Shown here in pieces: positions 1 through 12,169 of a stretch of DNA of 64,000 nt. Source of the DNA: Antedon mediterranea (Eukaryota > Animalia > Echinodermata). Below the pieces are notes generated by a model, which searched no databases, was not told where the DNA came from, and worked only from the letters and a program-made list of their open reading frames with translations. The DNA lies in NCBI RefSeq assembly GCF_964355755.1, contig NC_092671.1, positions 25,680,070-25,744,069 on the forward strand. The letters run 5' to 3'. Both the position numbers and the translations under genes were made by a program. Numbering within the stretch: the first letter of the stretch is position 1; each line of letters opens with the position of its first letter.

Positions 1-1150
1 GAGATATCCTTTGGAGAAGTATCGGCCTTCCGACTATTAACTATGCTTGTGCTGTATGTGTCAATACAAATACTAAAGACATACAAAGGATTGAGTCTCT
101 TCAATTACAAATGGCGCGAACAATTCTTAAAGCGAGTAGAAGCACTGCAAAAGAGGCACTTTATGGCGATCTAGGTTGGCAACCAATTAAAGTAACTCAG
201 GATATTTTTAAAGCAAAATATATAAGAAATGTTATGTGTATGGAAATGTATCGTTGGCCAAAACTTATATTAAACACAATTATTAGACATAAGAATTTTA
301 ATTCAAGGTACCAATTTATTAATGAATTTGAAAAAACTTGTGATTATATTAAGTTCGATTTCAATGCCATTCTTAATGATATATGTACAGGTACTGATAT
401 TGATATAAACTGGGTCAAGCCATTTGAAAATACAATTAAACAATCGTATTCTACTTTTTGGAAACAAGAAGTATTAAGAAAATCATCTTTGCTTGATTAC
501 TCTTTGATAAAAGAGTCATCTAGCCTAGAACCTTACCTACTGGATAAAACAGATTTTTATGGCTCAAGTTTAAAATTTAAACTTCGTTCAAACACTTTAC
601 CACTTGGAAAAATTACAAATAAGTGGAACATTGATAATCTAAATGACAAGTGTAAGGTTTGTGGGTCAGGTGATTAAGATGTTAAACATTTCCTGTTTAT
701 TTGTAATAAGTTACATTGTATTAGAATGGAAGAATTACAAACACTTCAACATAAACTTATTGCAATAAATTGTGTAGATACTTGGGTAAATTTTATTTCT
801 GGTGACCTATCTATTAAGGTTCAATATGTCCTAGGAAGCACGTTATTCCATAAAAATAACTCTCACGACATTTATGCTGTATTTGACAGTTATTGTAAAA
901 TGTACACAAGCCGTGCTTGGAAATTAAGAAATGCAATTGTATTACAAATTTGAACTGTTTTATTTAAAAAAAAAGTGTTTTCTTTTCCATTGCTGTTGCA
1001 AAATTAGTAGTTGTATATTAGTGTAGTTTTAGTTTGTAAATAAGTTTTGTAATAGCGTCGAGTCAAATTTTATGTCTATCTCAAATATGTTTTATTTTCA
1101 TTTCAGTTTTTATTTTTCATTGTTTTTGTATTGAATTTTGTAATTGGTAT
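1..1150 (+). mobile_element. 3' end of a decayed non-LTR retrotransposon (post-RT region with CCHC zinc knuckle)
   Basis: ORFs 111-677 and 726-953 contain 'EALYGDLGW' and 'FKLRSNTLPL'. CKVC-x-HFLFIC is interrupted by a TAA stop at 675-677. A T-rich 3'UTR follows. Confidence 0.8.
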
Positions 1151-1161
1151 GGACGCACCAT

Positions 1162-2184
1162 CTACGCATGTGTGCCACTGTTAAAAAAGTGTTGTTCCAA
1201 ATAAATATTATTATTATTATGATGAAACTTAAACATGAATATCGCAACACTTTTTTGGTACAGCTCAGATAATTTTAATGTTTTTGTGCGGGCAAAGAGT
1301 GGTAGAGAAGGATGATGAAAAGGAACGTTGCAAACAATTCTAAGTGCTTTCTTTTGTAAAATATAAAGACGATTTAAAATAGTTTGATTAGTAGATCCCC
1401 ATAGTGTTATGGCATATGTTAGGTTAGGTAATATGAGAGAGTTGTATATTTTTAATAGGATTTCGTATGGGAGTACGCATTTTATTTTATTCATGGTGCC
1501 TATAGCTGTTGAAACTTTCTTTGCGATTGAATTTATATGATATGCAAATGATAATTTCTCATCTAGATGAACACCAAGAAACTTTGTTTGATTTACTCGT
1601 TCTATAATATCAGTATTAATTAGCAAAGTTAGATTTGACGTGTCAATTTTTACATTTCTACTACTAAATACAATATAATTCGTTTTTTTGGTGTTCACAG
1701 TTAATCTATTTGCAATAAACCAGTTAGAAAGACATGCCATTTCATAGTTTAAAATATCGAATGCTCTTGTAATATCATTGTGTTGCAGGAACACATTAGT
1801 GTCATCTGCATACATAATAACGTTTGTGTTTCTACAGGCAAATGGGATATCATTTATAAAAATCATGAATAGTAAGGGTCCAAGAATGGACCCCTGTGGA
1901 ACACCGTACTTAATGTATTTGGTTTCTGATTTTTTACCTTCTACGTTTACAAATTGTTTTCTAGTTGATAAGTAACTCTTAAACCAATCTAAAACGACAC
2001 CTCTGATACCGTAATGTCTCATCTTCTGTAATAAAATGTGATGATCCATTGAATCGAACGCTTTTGATAAATCTAAAAATATTCCTATCATAAAGCATTT
2101 TTGTTCGATTGCAGAGGTAATTTTTTCAAATGTATCTAATAATGCGTGAATAGTAGAATGTTGTTGTCGGGCATATAAAATCAT
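1162..2184 (-). mobile_element. LINE reverse-transcriptase fragment (CR1/L2/Crack group), truncated at both ends
   Basis: 340-aa ORF with RT motifs FLDLSKAFD, GVPQGSILGPLLF, YADDT and KFLGV. Confidence 0.92.
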
Positions 2185-2547
2185 TTCTAGCCTTCAGAAA
2201 CTTTCATCAATGTACCAAGTACACGTTGTATAAACGTAACATAGCGCATGCGCACCATCTTAGTTGTTGAGTCTTTGAACTTCTGAAATATGAATATTAA
2301 AACGGTGTACGAGTGAGTAGCCAATCGCATGCAGCTGAAACTAGTCAACCGGATAATCGTATGCACCAAGAATTCTTGGTGTCAAACCACGTGACTTGTG
2401 CGTGTTTCCCCAGACGGGTACGGAGTATCCAAAATCAAGTAGTATACGTATGAAACGCCATATGTGCCAAAATATTTATCTTTTTACTAATATTAAGACA
2501 AAACTCCGTCTGGAACCCAGACTACAGAGGACAATATAGTATATCCA

Positions 2548-2733
2548 TACATTTCGCTACATAACATACAGTAGCTGGCCTACTATAAAGTTGAATAGCT
2601 CAGAAAATCGCATAAAAAGTGCTACTAATGTCTTTAAATTAACATTTTACAGAAGCATAATATTACAAAATGCCACCTTCTGTGTTTAAAATTCAATTTC
2701 CTTTCATTTGACACGATATTTGAGACCATTGAC
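2548..2733. repeat. Left half of an interspersed repeat split by a LINE insertion
   Basis: Aligns with 15870-16050. The continuation lies at 3965-4125. Confidence 0.75.
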
Positions 2734-2817
2734 CCCAAAAACTGACCGTTCCTCACCCCTCACCCGAGTTCACATTGTTGGTAAATGTTGACACCCATAC
2801 CTACCAGAATAAAAGGA

Positions 2818-3964
2818 ACAGATACAGATACAGATACAGATTCATTTATTGTCCAAAATAATAATGGAAATTACAGTGCTCATAAACCTTGGCTTGCCTA
2901 AAATAAATATAAATATAACAGGAACTATCTAACAAATGTTTTGTTATAATGCCTTATCCCAGCTGGGTAGAACGAGTACTTGTAACGGTCCGTCTGCGCA
3001 TTCACCGTCCTCATCCTACCACTTCTAACGATAACGGAGCCGATAATGTCCTTATGACGAGGATGGTTGGTGTCTTCCAATATAGTATGGAACACATCGG
3101 CAAGACGTTCGCTGTAGAAAGAGTCGAGCGTTTGCACAGACGAACCAATTACTTTCCCCGCTCTACCCAGCACCTTTTCAATTCGGTCTTTATCCCCTTT
3201 ACTGATATTCCCAGCCCAGCCCAACATACAATAACCCCAAATAGATAACATCACTGATGAGTAAAACATTTTACAAATATCCAGCTTTACTCCAAACGAA
3301 CCGAGTTTCCTCAGGCAGTACAGCCTTGTATTAACTTCTTAACTATATGGTCAACATGATCCTCCCATTTAAGCTTACAGTCAAATACTACTACCAGGTA
3401 CTTATAATTGTTAACAATCTCTACTTCCTTTCCTTTAATGTATACCGGGTCCATACTGTCAGACCTATTGTGTTTTCGAAAATCAATCCGGATTTCTTTC
3501 GTTTTATTTATGTTTAGTTCAAGAAAATTATTGCCACAGTAATCGGTGAATCGAATAACCTCAGAAAGGTATAGAGAAGAATTGTTATTATTAATAAGTC
3601 TTACCATAGCCGAGTCGTCCGCAAATTTTATCATTGGACAACTCGGAGATACCGACCTAAAGTCTGACGTGTACAGAGAAAACAAAAAAGGTGCCAAACG
3701 GTACCTTGTGGTGCCCCAGTACTAGTACGCACAGTATCGGAAAAAATATTATTCTGTAACTTAACAAACTGGCTACGTTCGACTTAAAAATTAAACACAA
3801 ACGAAATTAAAACACTTGGAACATTCATATCAAATAATTTATGAACTAATATGTGTGGCTGAATTGTGTTAAATGCAGAACTAAAATCAAAGTACATAAC
3901 CCTAACGCATGGGTTCGTTTTCCAGTCATCTAAATGACGGTACATTTGGTGGAACTTAGCTTCT
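2818..3964 (-). mobile_element. 5'-truncated Rex1/Babar-like LINE fragment
   Basis: RT motifs 'APFLFSLYT', 'KFADDSA', 'KTKEIRIDFRK' and C-terminal 'TDRYKYSFYP', with frameshifts. On the minus strand the tail is AATAAA plus (TATCTG)n at ~2818-2850. Confidence 0.85.
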
Positions 3965-4125
3965 TTTAGATTTGTTGACAGATTGGCCTTAAAATTGTCT
4001 AATTTTGGGATACTATTTATTTCAACAGAGATGACCTGTTAAGAGCATTTGCATACATACACTGGGCCTCTATCGCGGTATCTGCAATTCCACAATGTGT
4101 AGGCCTACCCATCTTGTTTGCTATG
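3965..4125. repeat. Right half of the split interspersed repeat
   Basis: Aligns with 16037-16186 (ttttagatt.gttgacagattggcc...cccatcttgtttgcta). Confidence 0.75.
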
Positions 4126-5299
4126 TATAGCCTATACGGTTTAATATAATAAAGTAGCTTAACTCATTGATTGTTTCTCAAAATGCTCTAAACAATAGTG
4201 TTAGTTTACTCAATTATTTCTCTAATGTGAAGAAAGGTGTGCAGTCTTCTCACGTGTATTTACTACTAAACTAAGTCGAGCCGTTTTTCCCAGTAAAGTT
4301 GACCTAGAGGTCAAGATGGGTAGATGACCAAAATGATGTGTTGTCTTATAGAACTAATATATATGCATACTGCACATAAAATGTGCCTAATATAAATGTA
4401 TCATCACTCGGTAATGTATTAATAAGTTAATTAAAAAATGTCATGTTGCTTCATGAGGTAATTTCCCGATTGATCGTAATCAAAACGGTACTGGGTTTGG
4501 TCTACTAGCGTTCCTGCTCCCAACCAGTACATCCATTCATAGAAGTAAGCCACCTGGCTGTGGCCATAGAACGGTCCCGAGATAACGACTATACTTCGGC
4601 TTTAGTCGATAGAAGATTGAATAAATTGTTAGAGATAGAGTATACGATGTTATGATTATGTGTAGATATGTGATTTGTTCTTTTTATTCAAATGATGTTA
4701 TGTATTTAATAAATTTGTTATATCAATTAATTAAATTATCGTAGATTGCATATTATGCGATGAATATTATTTAATAAATTTTTGATATTAAAAAATCTGT
4801 TTCGCATGGCAACGAAATATTGAGGCGCGTCGAAAATATGACTGCGGTAAATTTGAGCGAAGCGCAGGTACGTGTTGCTTGGTGCTTGGCTGCCTAGGCC
4901 TAGCGTAACATCAAAGCGAATGAGGACTTTGTTATTTATCAAAATTGACTTGGCATTTTAGTAAATTACTTTAGTAAATTACTTTCAATAAATCTATAAT
5001 TATATTATAATCATGAATCATTTCTGATCCAAATGCAAAATGTGCAAAATAGATACGAATATGACTGGTGATATTCGTCAACACGAATACGATTTACGAA
5101 TATGAAATGGGGATCATCAGCTCAAAAGTTTGACGTATCCGTTTTCGTTATCGTATTCGTAAGGTTGCGAAACCTCCCTATTATTGCAAAAACATGGACG
5201 CCACATTTTCTGACCATGGCTTGGAACACACGAAATGATATATATAATACAATTCCTTCTCAAACTTAATTTATTAATTTTCTTAATATTTAATCTGTC

Positions 5300-5716
5300 T
5301 CAGTTTCCTTAATTTTTTTTTTTTTTTGTTATTTTGTTCTTATGTCTAATTTCTTGTTTTGTATTTATATTTAAGTGTGTATGTATTATTTTTCACTGTA
5401 AACTTGTTTCACATCTCATTGAGACTGTGCCTCTGATTTAAAAGTTAGCGCTTCTTCTTTTTTCGATTGTCCTTTTTGCTGTTTTTTGTCATTTTTATTA
5501 TGTTGCTTTGTTTGTCTTTTTGCTGTTCTTTCAAAGGACCTCATTGGAAACAAGTCCGTAGAGGACTTTTATGAGTTATCCTTGGCATCCTTGTTTTATA
5601 TTGGTATTTTTATATTTGTCAATTTTAATTGTATGTCTGTGATATTTTATGTACTGATGCCGAAATAAATCAAATCAAATCAAATCATACAATAAAAGTT
5701 CAGTTCAGTTCAGTTC
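5300..5716 (+). mobile_element. Isolated LINE 3'UTR/tail fragment
   Basis: Stem-loop GGACCTCATTGGAAACAAG...TTTTATGAGTTATCC at 5536-5582, then AATAAA with (ATCAA)n and (GTTCA)n tails. Confidence 0.6.
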
Positions 5717-7021
5717 ACATGGATGGCAAATTACATAAACACAATGCGAGAGATGCATTGATTGTTCGAAATCAATAAAAGGCTGTGAATCTGATCACTT
5801 GACCGTTACTAATTGTGTAAGGTAGACTTTTGCTTCATGGGAAGGTTGATTATGCTACCAAGGCTATAAATGGTGTTTTTTTTAAATTAAATCTGTGTTT
5901 CAAAACAACCAAAGTTTTTTATATTTTTAGGCATATCTAGGATAATAGAGAGACGACGTTGTAATTTACGTAAGGTAGGTAAAATCATTTAGTAATGATA
6001 TTTTTTATTTGATTTGCGGATCAATTGCCAATTTTGTTTTTGTTACAGCATAGAGATGTTATAGTTCACTATCATATCTCTATGTGTTCACTAGGACAAT
6101 TATGCTATTTTGTGCAGTTGTCTCTTCTAAACTCACAAATTAGTATCAAAGGGCCACTTTAATCCTCTATAATTGAAGATTTCTGGTTTGTCTAAAAGTA
6201 GCAAATGCCAGAGTAAGATTTGATTCAAGATTCAATTTTATTTTGCCAATTAAAATGGAAATACATTTTCCAAATTTTAAAATGTAGGCCCATACAATAT
6301 TTATATTATTTGAAACAATCAATATATTAAAAATAGACATGAATACTACAAATAAGTAATACAAAACTGGCTTTTTCTAAGTTTAACAAATGGAACATAC
6401 AATTTAGGCGGATTTCTTATGTTATAGGTATGATCTAATAAACGATTTGAAAATAACATTGAAACAGACTTTGGTAGTAGTAACATATTCAAACATAAAA
6501 GAAGTAACTTGAAGCTTATGAAGGTCAGATATTTTTAAAATGTTAAGTTTTTGAAACAAGGTTCTGATGCATATTTAGATGGTTCAAAGTTTAATAATCG
6601 AACAACACGTTTTTGTAAAATTCAATATCCAGATAGGAAAAAGAAAAATATTCAACGTTTATATTGTTTACGTTTACTAGAAATGTTCGCGCTTTGCGAG
6701 ACCTGCCTGTTTACCCGAAAGAGTAGCCTACCGTAGCTAGAAACATGACATATGAATCATTCAACCTTAATATATATATATATATCCAAAGGCAAATTAC
6801 TGAAAAAAATAACAATGCTGTGGGTATCAGTAGCTGGATCTCAATGTTTGTAATAAAGCTAAATCAAAACGATAAAGTAAAACAGTTATATATATATATA
6901 TATATATATAAATCATACTGTAAATTATAGAAACAGTGCTCATATTCGGAACATGATCTCATAATCGCGTCGAGCATAGCTCATTGGCGAAAGTTCCGTA
7001 TTTTTTAGTTGTATGAAAAAA

Positions 7022-7093
7022 TGTCTCTGGCTGGATTCGAACCTGCAACCTCTCGCTTACAGGGCGAGTATCATACCATTAGACCACAGAGCC
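7022..7093 (-). pseudogene. tRNA-like (tRNA-Pro-related) Pol III unit in the left arm
   Basis: Reverse complement of 7291-7362. Confidence 0.65.
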
Positions 7094-7290
7094 ATGTATG
7101 GTATTATCACAGATTTTCACCCACCAGATACATTCTCTCATACAACAAACGCCCTCACAATCAGTGGAGGCTTAACAAGTCAGAATAAATTCCAACTTTA
7201 ATTCGCAATTAAGCCTCCACTGATTGTGAGGGCGTTTGTTGTATGAGAGAATGTATCTGGTGGGTGAAAATCTGTGATAATACCATACAT

Positions 7291-7362
7291 GGCTCTGTGG
7301 TCTAATGGTATGATACTCGCCCTGTAAGCGAGAGGTTGCAGGTTCGAATCCAGCCAGAGACA
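7291..7362 (+). pseudogene. tRNA-like (tRNA-Pro-related) Pol III unit in the right arm, followed by T6
   Basis: GGCTCTGTGGTCTAATGGTATGATACTCGC-CCTGTAA-GCGAG-AGGTT-GCAGGTTCGAATCCAGC-CAGAGAC. A and B boxes are present. It has C33 and acceptor/T-stem mismatches. Confidence 0.65.
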
Positions 7363-7772
7363 TTTTTTCATACAACTAAAAAATACGGAACTTTCGCCAA
7401 TGAGCTATGCTCGACGCGATTATGAGATCATGTTCCGAATATGAGCACTGTTTCTATAATTTACAGTATGATTTATATATAATTTACGCAGTGCTACGCA
7501 ACATCATTGATTTATATATATATATATATATATATATATCTTGCACTCATTGTGGTTTTGTTTTTACCATATTTAATGAGGGTGATCCATCCAGCAATAT
7601 TGCTGATCATTATGGACCCTCAGAGAGGTTCACAAGACGAACATATACACAAGATGCTCTACATAAGCAAAGAGATAAATATCCTGACATTTGGCGGGCT
7701 TGAACTCAGGACCCTTGGAGTGGTAGCCAAGCATCATAACCACCAAACCACAACTCCACTAAAAATTAAACT

Positions 7773-7834
7773 CTCCCTGGCGGGGAATTGAACCGCGTAA
7801 CAGGCGGAGATACCCATCACTATACAACCAAGGA
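7773..7834 (-). pseudogene. Degenerate tRNA-Asp-derived pseudogene
   Basis: Minus strand TCCTTGGTTGTATAGTGATGGGTATCTCCGCCTGTTACGCG-GTTCAATTCCCCGCCAGGGA resembles tRNA-Asp(GTC) with the variable loop and 5' T-stem deleted. Confidence 0.65.
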
Positions 7835-8035
7835 AAAGGCACTCAACTCAGGGTACGAATATGAAATGTTTCAACTAAAAATCTTATGAAAAATCGGACA
7901 ATAACTTTTTGATTGATCCTGCTAACAAATATAGAAATAACTGAGTGAAGTAGGCCTACGGCTTAGTGTTTCAACCCGATAGTGTAAAAAGGGTAGGTCT
8001 TCAATACGTTTTGGAGATGGTGAGCGTCATCTAAC

Positions 8036-8070
8036 CAGGGAGTTGTTATTATTCTAATAACAACTCCCTG
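8036..8070. mobile_element. 35-bp palindromic mini-element with perfect 7-bp TSD ATCTAAC
   Basis: ATCTAAC|CAGGGAGTTGTTATT-ATTCT-AATAACAACTCCCTG|ATCTAAC. Confidence 0.8.
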
Positions 8071-8739
8071 ATCTAACACAGAAACGACACGAGTGTGAGC
8101 ATGCTTCCCTTTTAGAGGTGGGGTAAATGGGTCTCTCGCTTGAATACACTTTCTGAATTTTTCATTTGCATGTAAATCAGTTGGAAACAATGCATAGCTG
8201 AGCCTTCAGAATAGGCCAACAAGCTCGCTCTATGCACAAGAGTAGTCTATACCTAATCTAAAGTTGTATTAGACACCTGGGTCTTTGTAGTGACTTTAGT
8301 ACTGCGGACAAAACAAAGGTGAGTGTATATACTTGCTATAGTAGGCCGTTACAGTGCTACCTAAAATCACATTATCGGTCATAGCAAAATCTCGGATTTG
8401 TTTACATTACAAGCAGAGTCACCAGTCAAAGTGGAAAAAAGGGATTAAAATCGTATCTGTTTAATTTATCTTGGTGAACAGGAAGTGTGATATAAACTCA
8501 TTCTGCCTGAACACAATTTCAGTAATATTCACAATAACTTTTTTGTTGCTTTTGTTGAAGAATTATTATATTATTATTAAAATCTGTCCAGTAGTTCAAA
8601 AGTTGTGATAAAATATCTAATTTTTCTGAGATATCCTTGTGGCTATTCTAATTATTACACACACCCCACTGCTCAAATGCATGTTGGCTATTCCAAACTT
8701 GCTGGCTAGTCTGAAGATAGTACAGTTGGTAGGGATTCT

Positions 8740-8771
8740 CATAGAGATATTTTCACTATAATATATCTATG
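8740..8771. mobile_element. 32-bp CATAG...CTATG mini-element with near-perfect 7-bp TSD
   Basis: GGATTCT|CATAGAGATAT...ATATATCTATG|GTATTCT. Confidence 0.6.
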
Positions 8772-9225
8772 GTATTCTGAATGTGTACACATAAGTAACT
8801 AAATAACTCCTTGCTGTTGGAAGTTTATTTTTAATATTAATAAAGTAAATAACAAAATAAAGAATTAGCTATAATTATAACACATTTAAAATGAATGCCT
8901 TTTATAATTACTTACCTAAAGTAACTTTACTCCACTTTTTTTAAATACATATAATATAATAATTTATTTGGAAGCTAAACTTTAGAAACAGTGGCACACT
9001 TCTTGAATGAAGGTGCTTCCAGAGTAAGTAAAATAAATAAATATTATTTAACAATAGGCCTATTAGTACAAGGAAACATACTGGAGTCAACTTATTTGAC
9101 AAAACAATGCATTTCAATTGGGACAATTTACATGTTGAAAATTAATCAAAATATTCGTTAAGCACCTGATATAATTACAATTTTCACTTGAATGTGCTTT
9201 TATTATTCTGTGCCTGTAAATAGAC

Positions 9226-9245
9226 CATGTACCTATAGGTCCATG
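9226..9245. mobile_element. 20-bp palindromic mini-element with 7-bp TSD (6/7 match)
   Basis: AATAGAC|CATGTACCTATAGGTCCATG|GATAGAC. Confidence 0.6.
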
Positions 9246-9406
9246 GATAGACAATATAATGAACAAAGAACAGAATCCAATAAACATTAAAGGAAATGAA
9301 CTACAGACCTATTGTTAATTGTAAACTCCTATGAAAAGAAGTTTGAAGAACAATAGGCATATGGGTTAAAACCATTATACAGGATATAATAGATGATATC
9401 AGTAAT

Positions 9407-9481
9407 GTGTAAATGTACTGGTGGTGTAAATGTACTGGTGGTGTAAATGTACTGGTGGTGTAAATGTACTAGTGGTGTAAA
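9407..9481. repeat. 17-bp minisatellite (GTGTAAATGTACTGGTG) x~4.5
   Basis: Direct tandem copies. Confidence 0.9.
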
Positions 9482-10454
9482 GAGAGGGTAAAACAAAAAG
9501 AGATGTCTTTTGATTTGTTAAATCTAGGCCAGTAGGTAGGTCTGTTGACATGTTTGTTTAAAACAATCAGGACTGACGATGGACAGCCAGGCCCATAAAT
9601 AAAATAGGGAGAGGCTTAGGCCATCCCTAGACCTAACCGCAAAATAATCAATTAAACCCTAATAAACTGAACTTAAATAATCTTTTCTATATCAGTAAAA
9701 TCGTGCGTGAACTAGTCATCAAAGCCCTAAAAACTGGGGCCTGTCGCGTTGGGCCCGATCTTGGTAGCAGGCTACTTATCCATGTGTGGTATTGGTGTAA
9801 CATCGTTGACATTTCGTTGGCGATTTTCAGGTTCACGCAATGTCAAATAAAACAGTGTAGTTTTGAAAAGAATTGATGTTAGTCTTATACTAATACTAAA
9901 TTAATTAGATTATTTTACGGAAAATATATTTTTATTAAAATTATCATTTTGATTGCAGAAAATAAATTTTGGGGAGTATAATATAAATAAAAAACCTGAT
10001 TGATAACAAAATAATTGCATCACCTTTTATTTTAACCTCGTGACATGCGATCGTGTTTTGAAACTAGGGTGGGTGTTTTCCAAAGTTATTTTTAAATTTA
10101 ATGCGCATATTTTGCTCACCACCGGCATCTGAGCTTATTTTTGAAATACTTAATAATAGATAAAATACATTTTAATATTATAATAATATAAAATATATAT
10201 TATATAATATAATTTTTATTTATATGAATTTTATTGCGTATTTATTTTAAACTATGCAAATATACCTCAAGGAAGCCCGGGTCAAAAACATATTCACACG
10301 TCGTCCACGATAAACACATTTTAACTTTAAAACAAAACATAGCAATTATTGTAATTTTGAATTGGTATAGGTCACATCTTTAAAATATAAGTTTCCTATT
10401 ACTTATTTTCTAATTAATTAAATACAGTATCATGTCACATGTCGCCCTGCCAAA

Positions 10455-10680
10455 CTAAACTTTATGAAAGGAGCTTTGCGCTGCGTCTGTAAACTCTCAG
10501 TCAGGGGAGTTAGCCTGCTAAACTTTACATTGGAAGAATAGGGATGGAGCTTTACGTCCGCAAACTCTCCAGAGTCACGAGAGAGTTAGCCTGCTAAACT
10601 TTACATTGGGAGAATAGGAAATGAAGCTTTGCGTCCGCAAACTCTCCGGAGTCACGAGAGCCTGCTAAACTTTAATGGAA
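10455..10680. repeat. ~77-bp tandem repeat, ~3 copies
   Basis: Recurrent gagttagcctgctaaactttacattgg...ctttrcgtccgcaaactctcc. Confidence 0.8.
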
Positions 10681-11695
10681 GTCGAACGTTTCGCCTGAAC
10701 GATTTTCTATTCAAAGCAAACAGGCAAGCATTGCACTGGTAGATGGGGGAAGACAACAGATAGATAGCATTTGTGTTCTAAGGTCTTGGCTCTAAGATAT
10801 TAAATACTTTTCTAAGTTTCAAAATACATTATATTTGATGGATTTTTACAAATCAAAGTTAAATTTGTATGTTTTAAATACTTCTGAACACATTTATCTT
10901 GTTTAAAGTGATGAAATATGTTTCTGAAAAAAGTTAGGATATGCTGAAAAAACTTGTAGTACACATGTTATCAGTTGATTAATCTATTATGTAAACAATG
11001 CTAATTACTTGTGTAAATAAAGTATAGCAGGATACCTGCTATAATTTAGCAATTTTGACTGGTGACTCTACTTGTAATGTAAAATTATTAATTTTATTTA
11101 CCTTGATTGAAGGTTTGGCATTCTTAACGTGATCGGTTGATCGCGAAGTATTTTTTTATTGATAACATATTTTTCGTCTGTCAGTAAGATGTTTTCACCT
11201 TGATAAATTATATTTGGCGTTACGTAATGTATTGTAGCATTACGGATCTCCTTTCTTGCATCTGGTAAGGTTTAGTGGTTATTGTTAATATGTATTGACG
11301 TCTTTAAAAAAAAAATCTAATTCCTTTTATTGCAGGTTATTTGGTACAATTATGTCAGTGAAGCGTTATATCTCTTTAAAAAAAATTATATTAACTTGTA
11401 TTTTACTACCGATTACAGGGCATTTAGTATTTTTAACACTCCATGGTGGGCCTAAGAGGGCGAAGCTAATTTTTGTTAAATGACACCCTGGATTATCGGA
11501 AATAGAACTCTCGCACATAACATTCATGATATTTCCATGGAAATTGGTCGGAAGTAACTCTCATGCAGTATGCTACCAATGAGCATGCAAAACGATCGTA
11601 TTCGTACTTTTTTCCTCTGGGCCTCACACGTGGACTATTTAACCGCCGATTGTTTGATCAACACTTGGTATTTTGTTTTGCGTTCAAGTTCAATG

Positions 11696-11724
11696 CAGGG
11701 AGTTTTTATAATAACAACTCCCTG
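11696..11724. mobile_element. 29-bp palindromic mini-element with perfect 7-bp TSD TTCAATG
   Basis: TTCAATG|CAGGGAGTTTTTATAATAACAACTCCCTG|TTCAATG. Same termini as the 8036 copy. Confidence 0.8.
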
Positions 11725-12169
11725 TTCAATGTGAACGTACGTCTAGGGGAATCCCCGTAAAAAGCACACTTTGTGTGAGAAGGCAAGTTCAATGCTTATT
11801 AATTTGGCCATTTTAGAAATTGTCCTGCGGGGGACCACAATCTGTTGAGGAAATTAAATATTAATCAATGTAAATAGGTGTTATAATAATATAGTTGAGT
11901 GGCCTACGTTTAGGCTGGTAGTCCTAAAAAAATAAACGGATGCTATAATGTAAACTACAGTACATGATACTATAGATATTATAGTAATATATTAATATTC
12001 ACTATAATCCTCTTTGATGATGATACACTATACTTCATAGCCACACATAAATAATGTACTATTGTACTGTAATACTCTACATTTCTTATGTACGTCGGAA
12101 TGCTATACCGTAGGCCTACAAATCTTCTAATAGTAACCCACACTCTAATAGTAGGCTAATCCTTGTTAA

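Larger units (their letters stand above)
6903..7481. repeat. Perfect inverted repeat, 273-bp arms (6903-7175 / 7209-7481) with a 33-bp spacer
   Basis: The arms read as exact reverse complements. (TA)n tracts flank both sides. Confidence 0.95.
8401..11083. mobile_element. Non-autonomous DNA transposon with 30-bp TIRs
   Basis: TTTACATTACAAGCAGAGTCACCAGTCAAA (8401-8430) vs TTTGACTGGTGACTCTACTTGTAATGTAAA (11054-11083), one mismatch. No transposase ORF. Confidence 0.65.

Noticed and set aside
6049-6084. CATAGAGAT...ATCTCTATG hairpin as another mini P-like element
   Set aside because: The termini fit the family but the flanks (TGTTACAG / TGTTCACT) are not a convincing TSD, so it is not counted.
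7013-7375. Two similar short ORFs on opposite strands
   Set aside because: By-products of the palindrome and antisense tRNA-like sequence.
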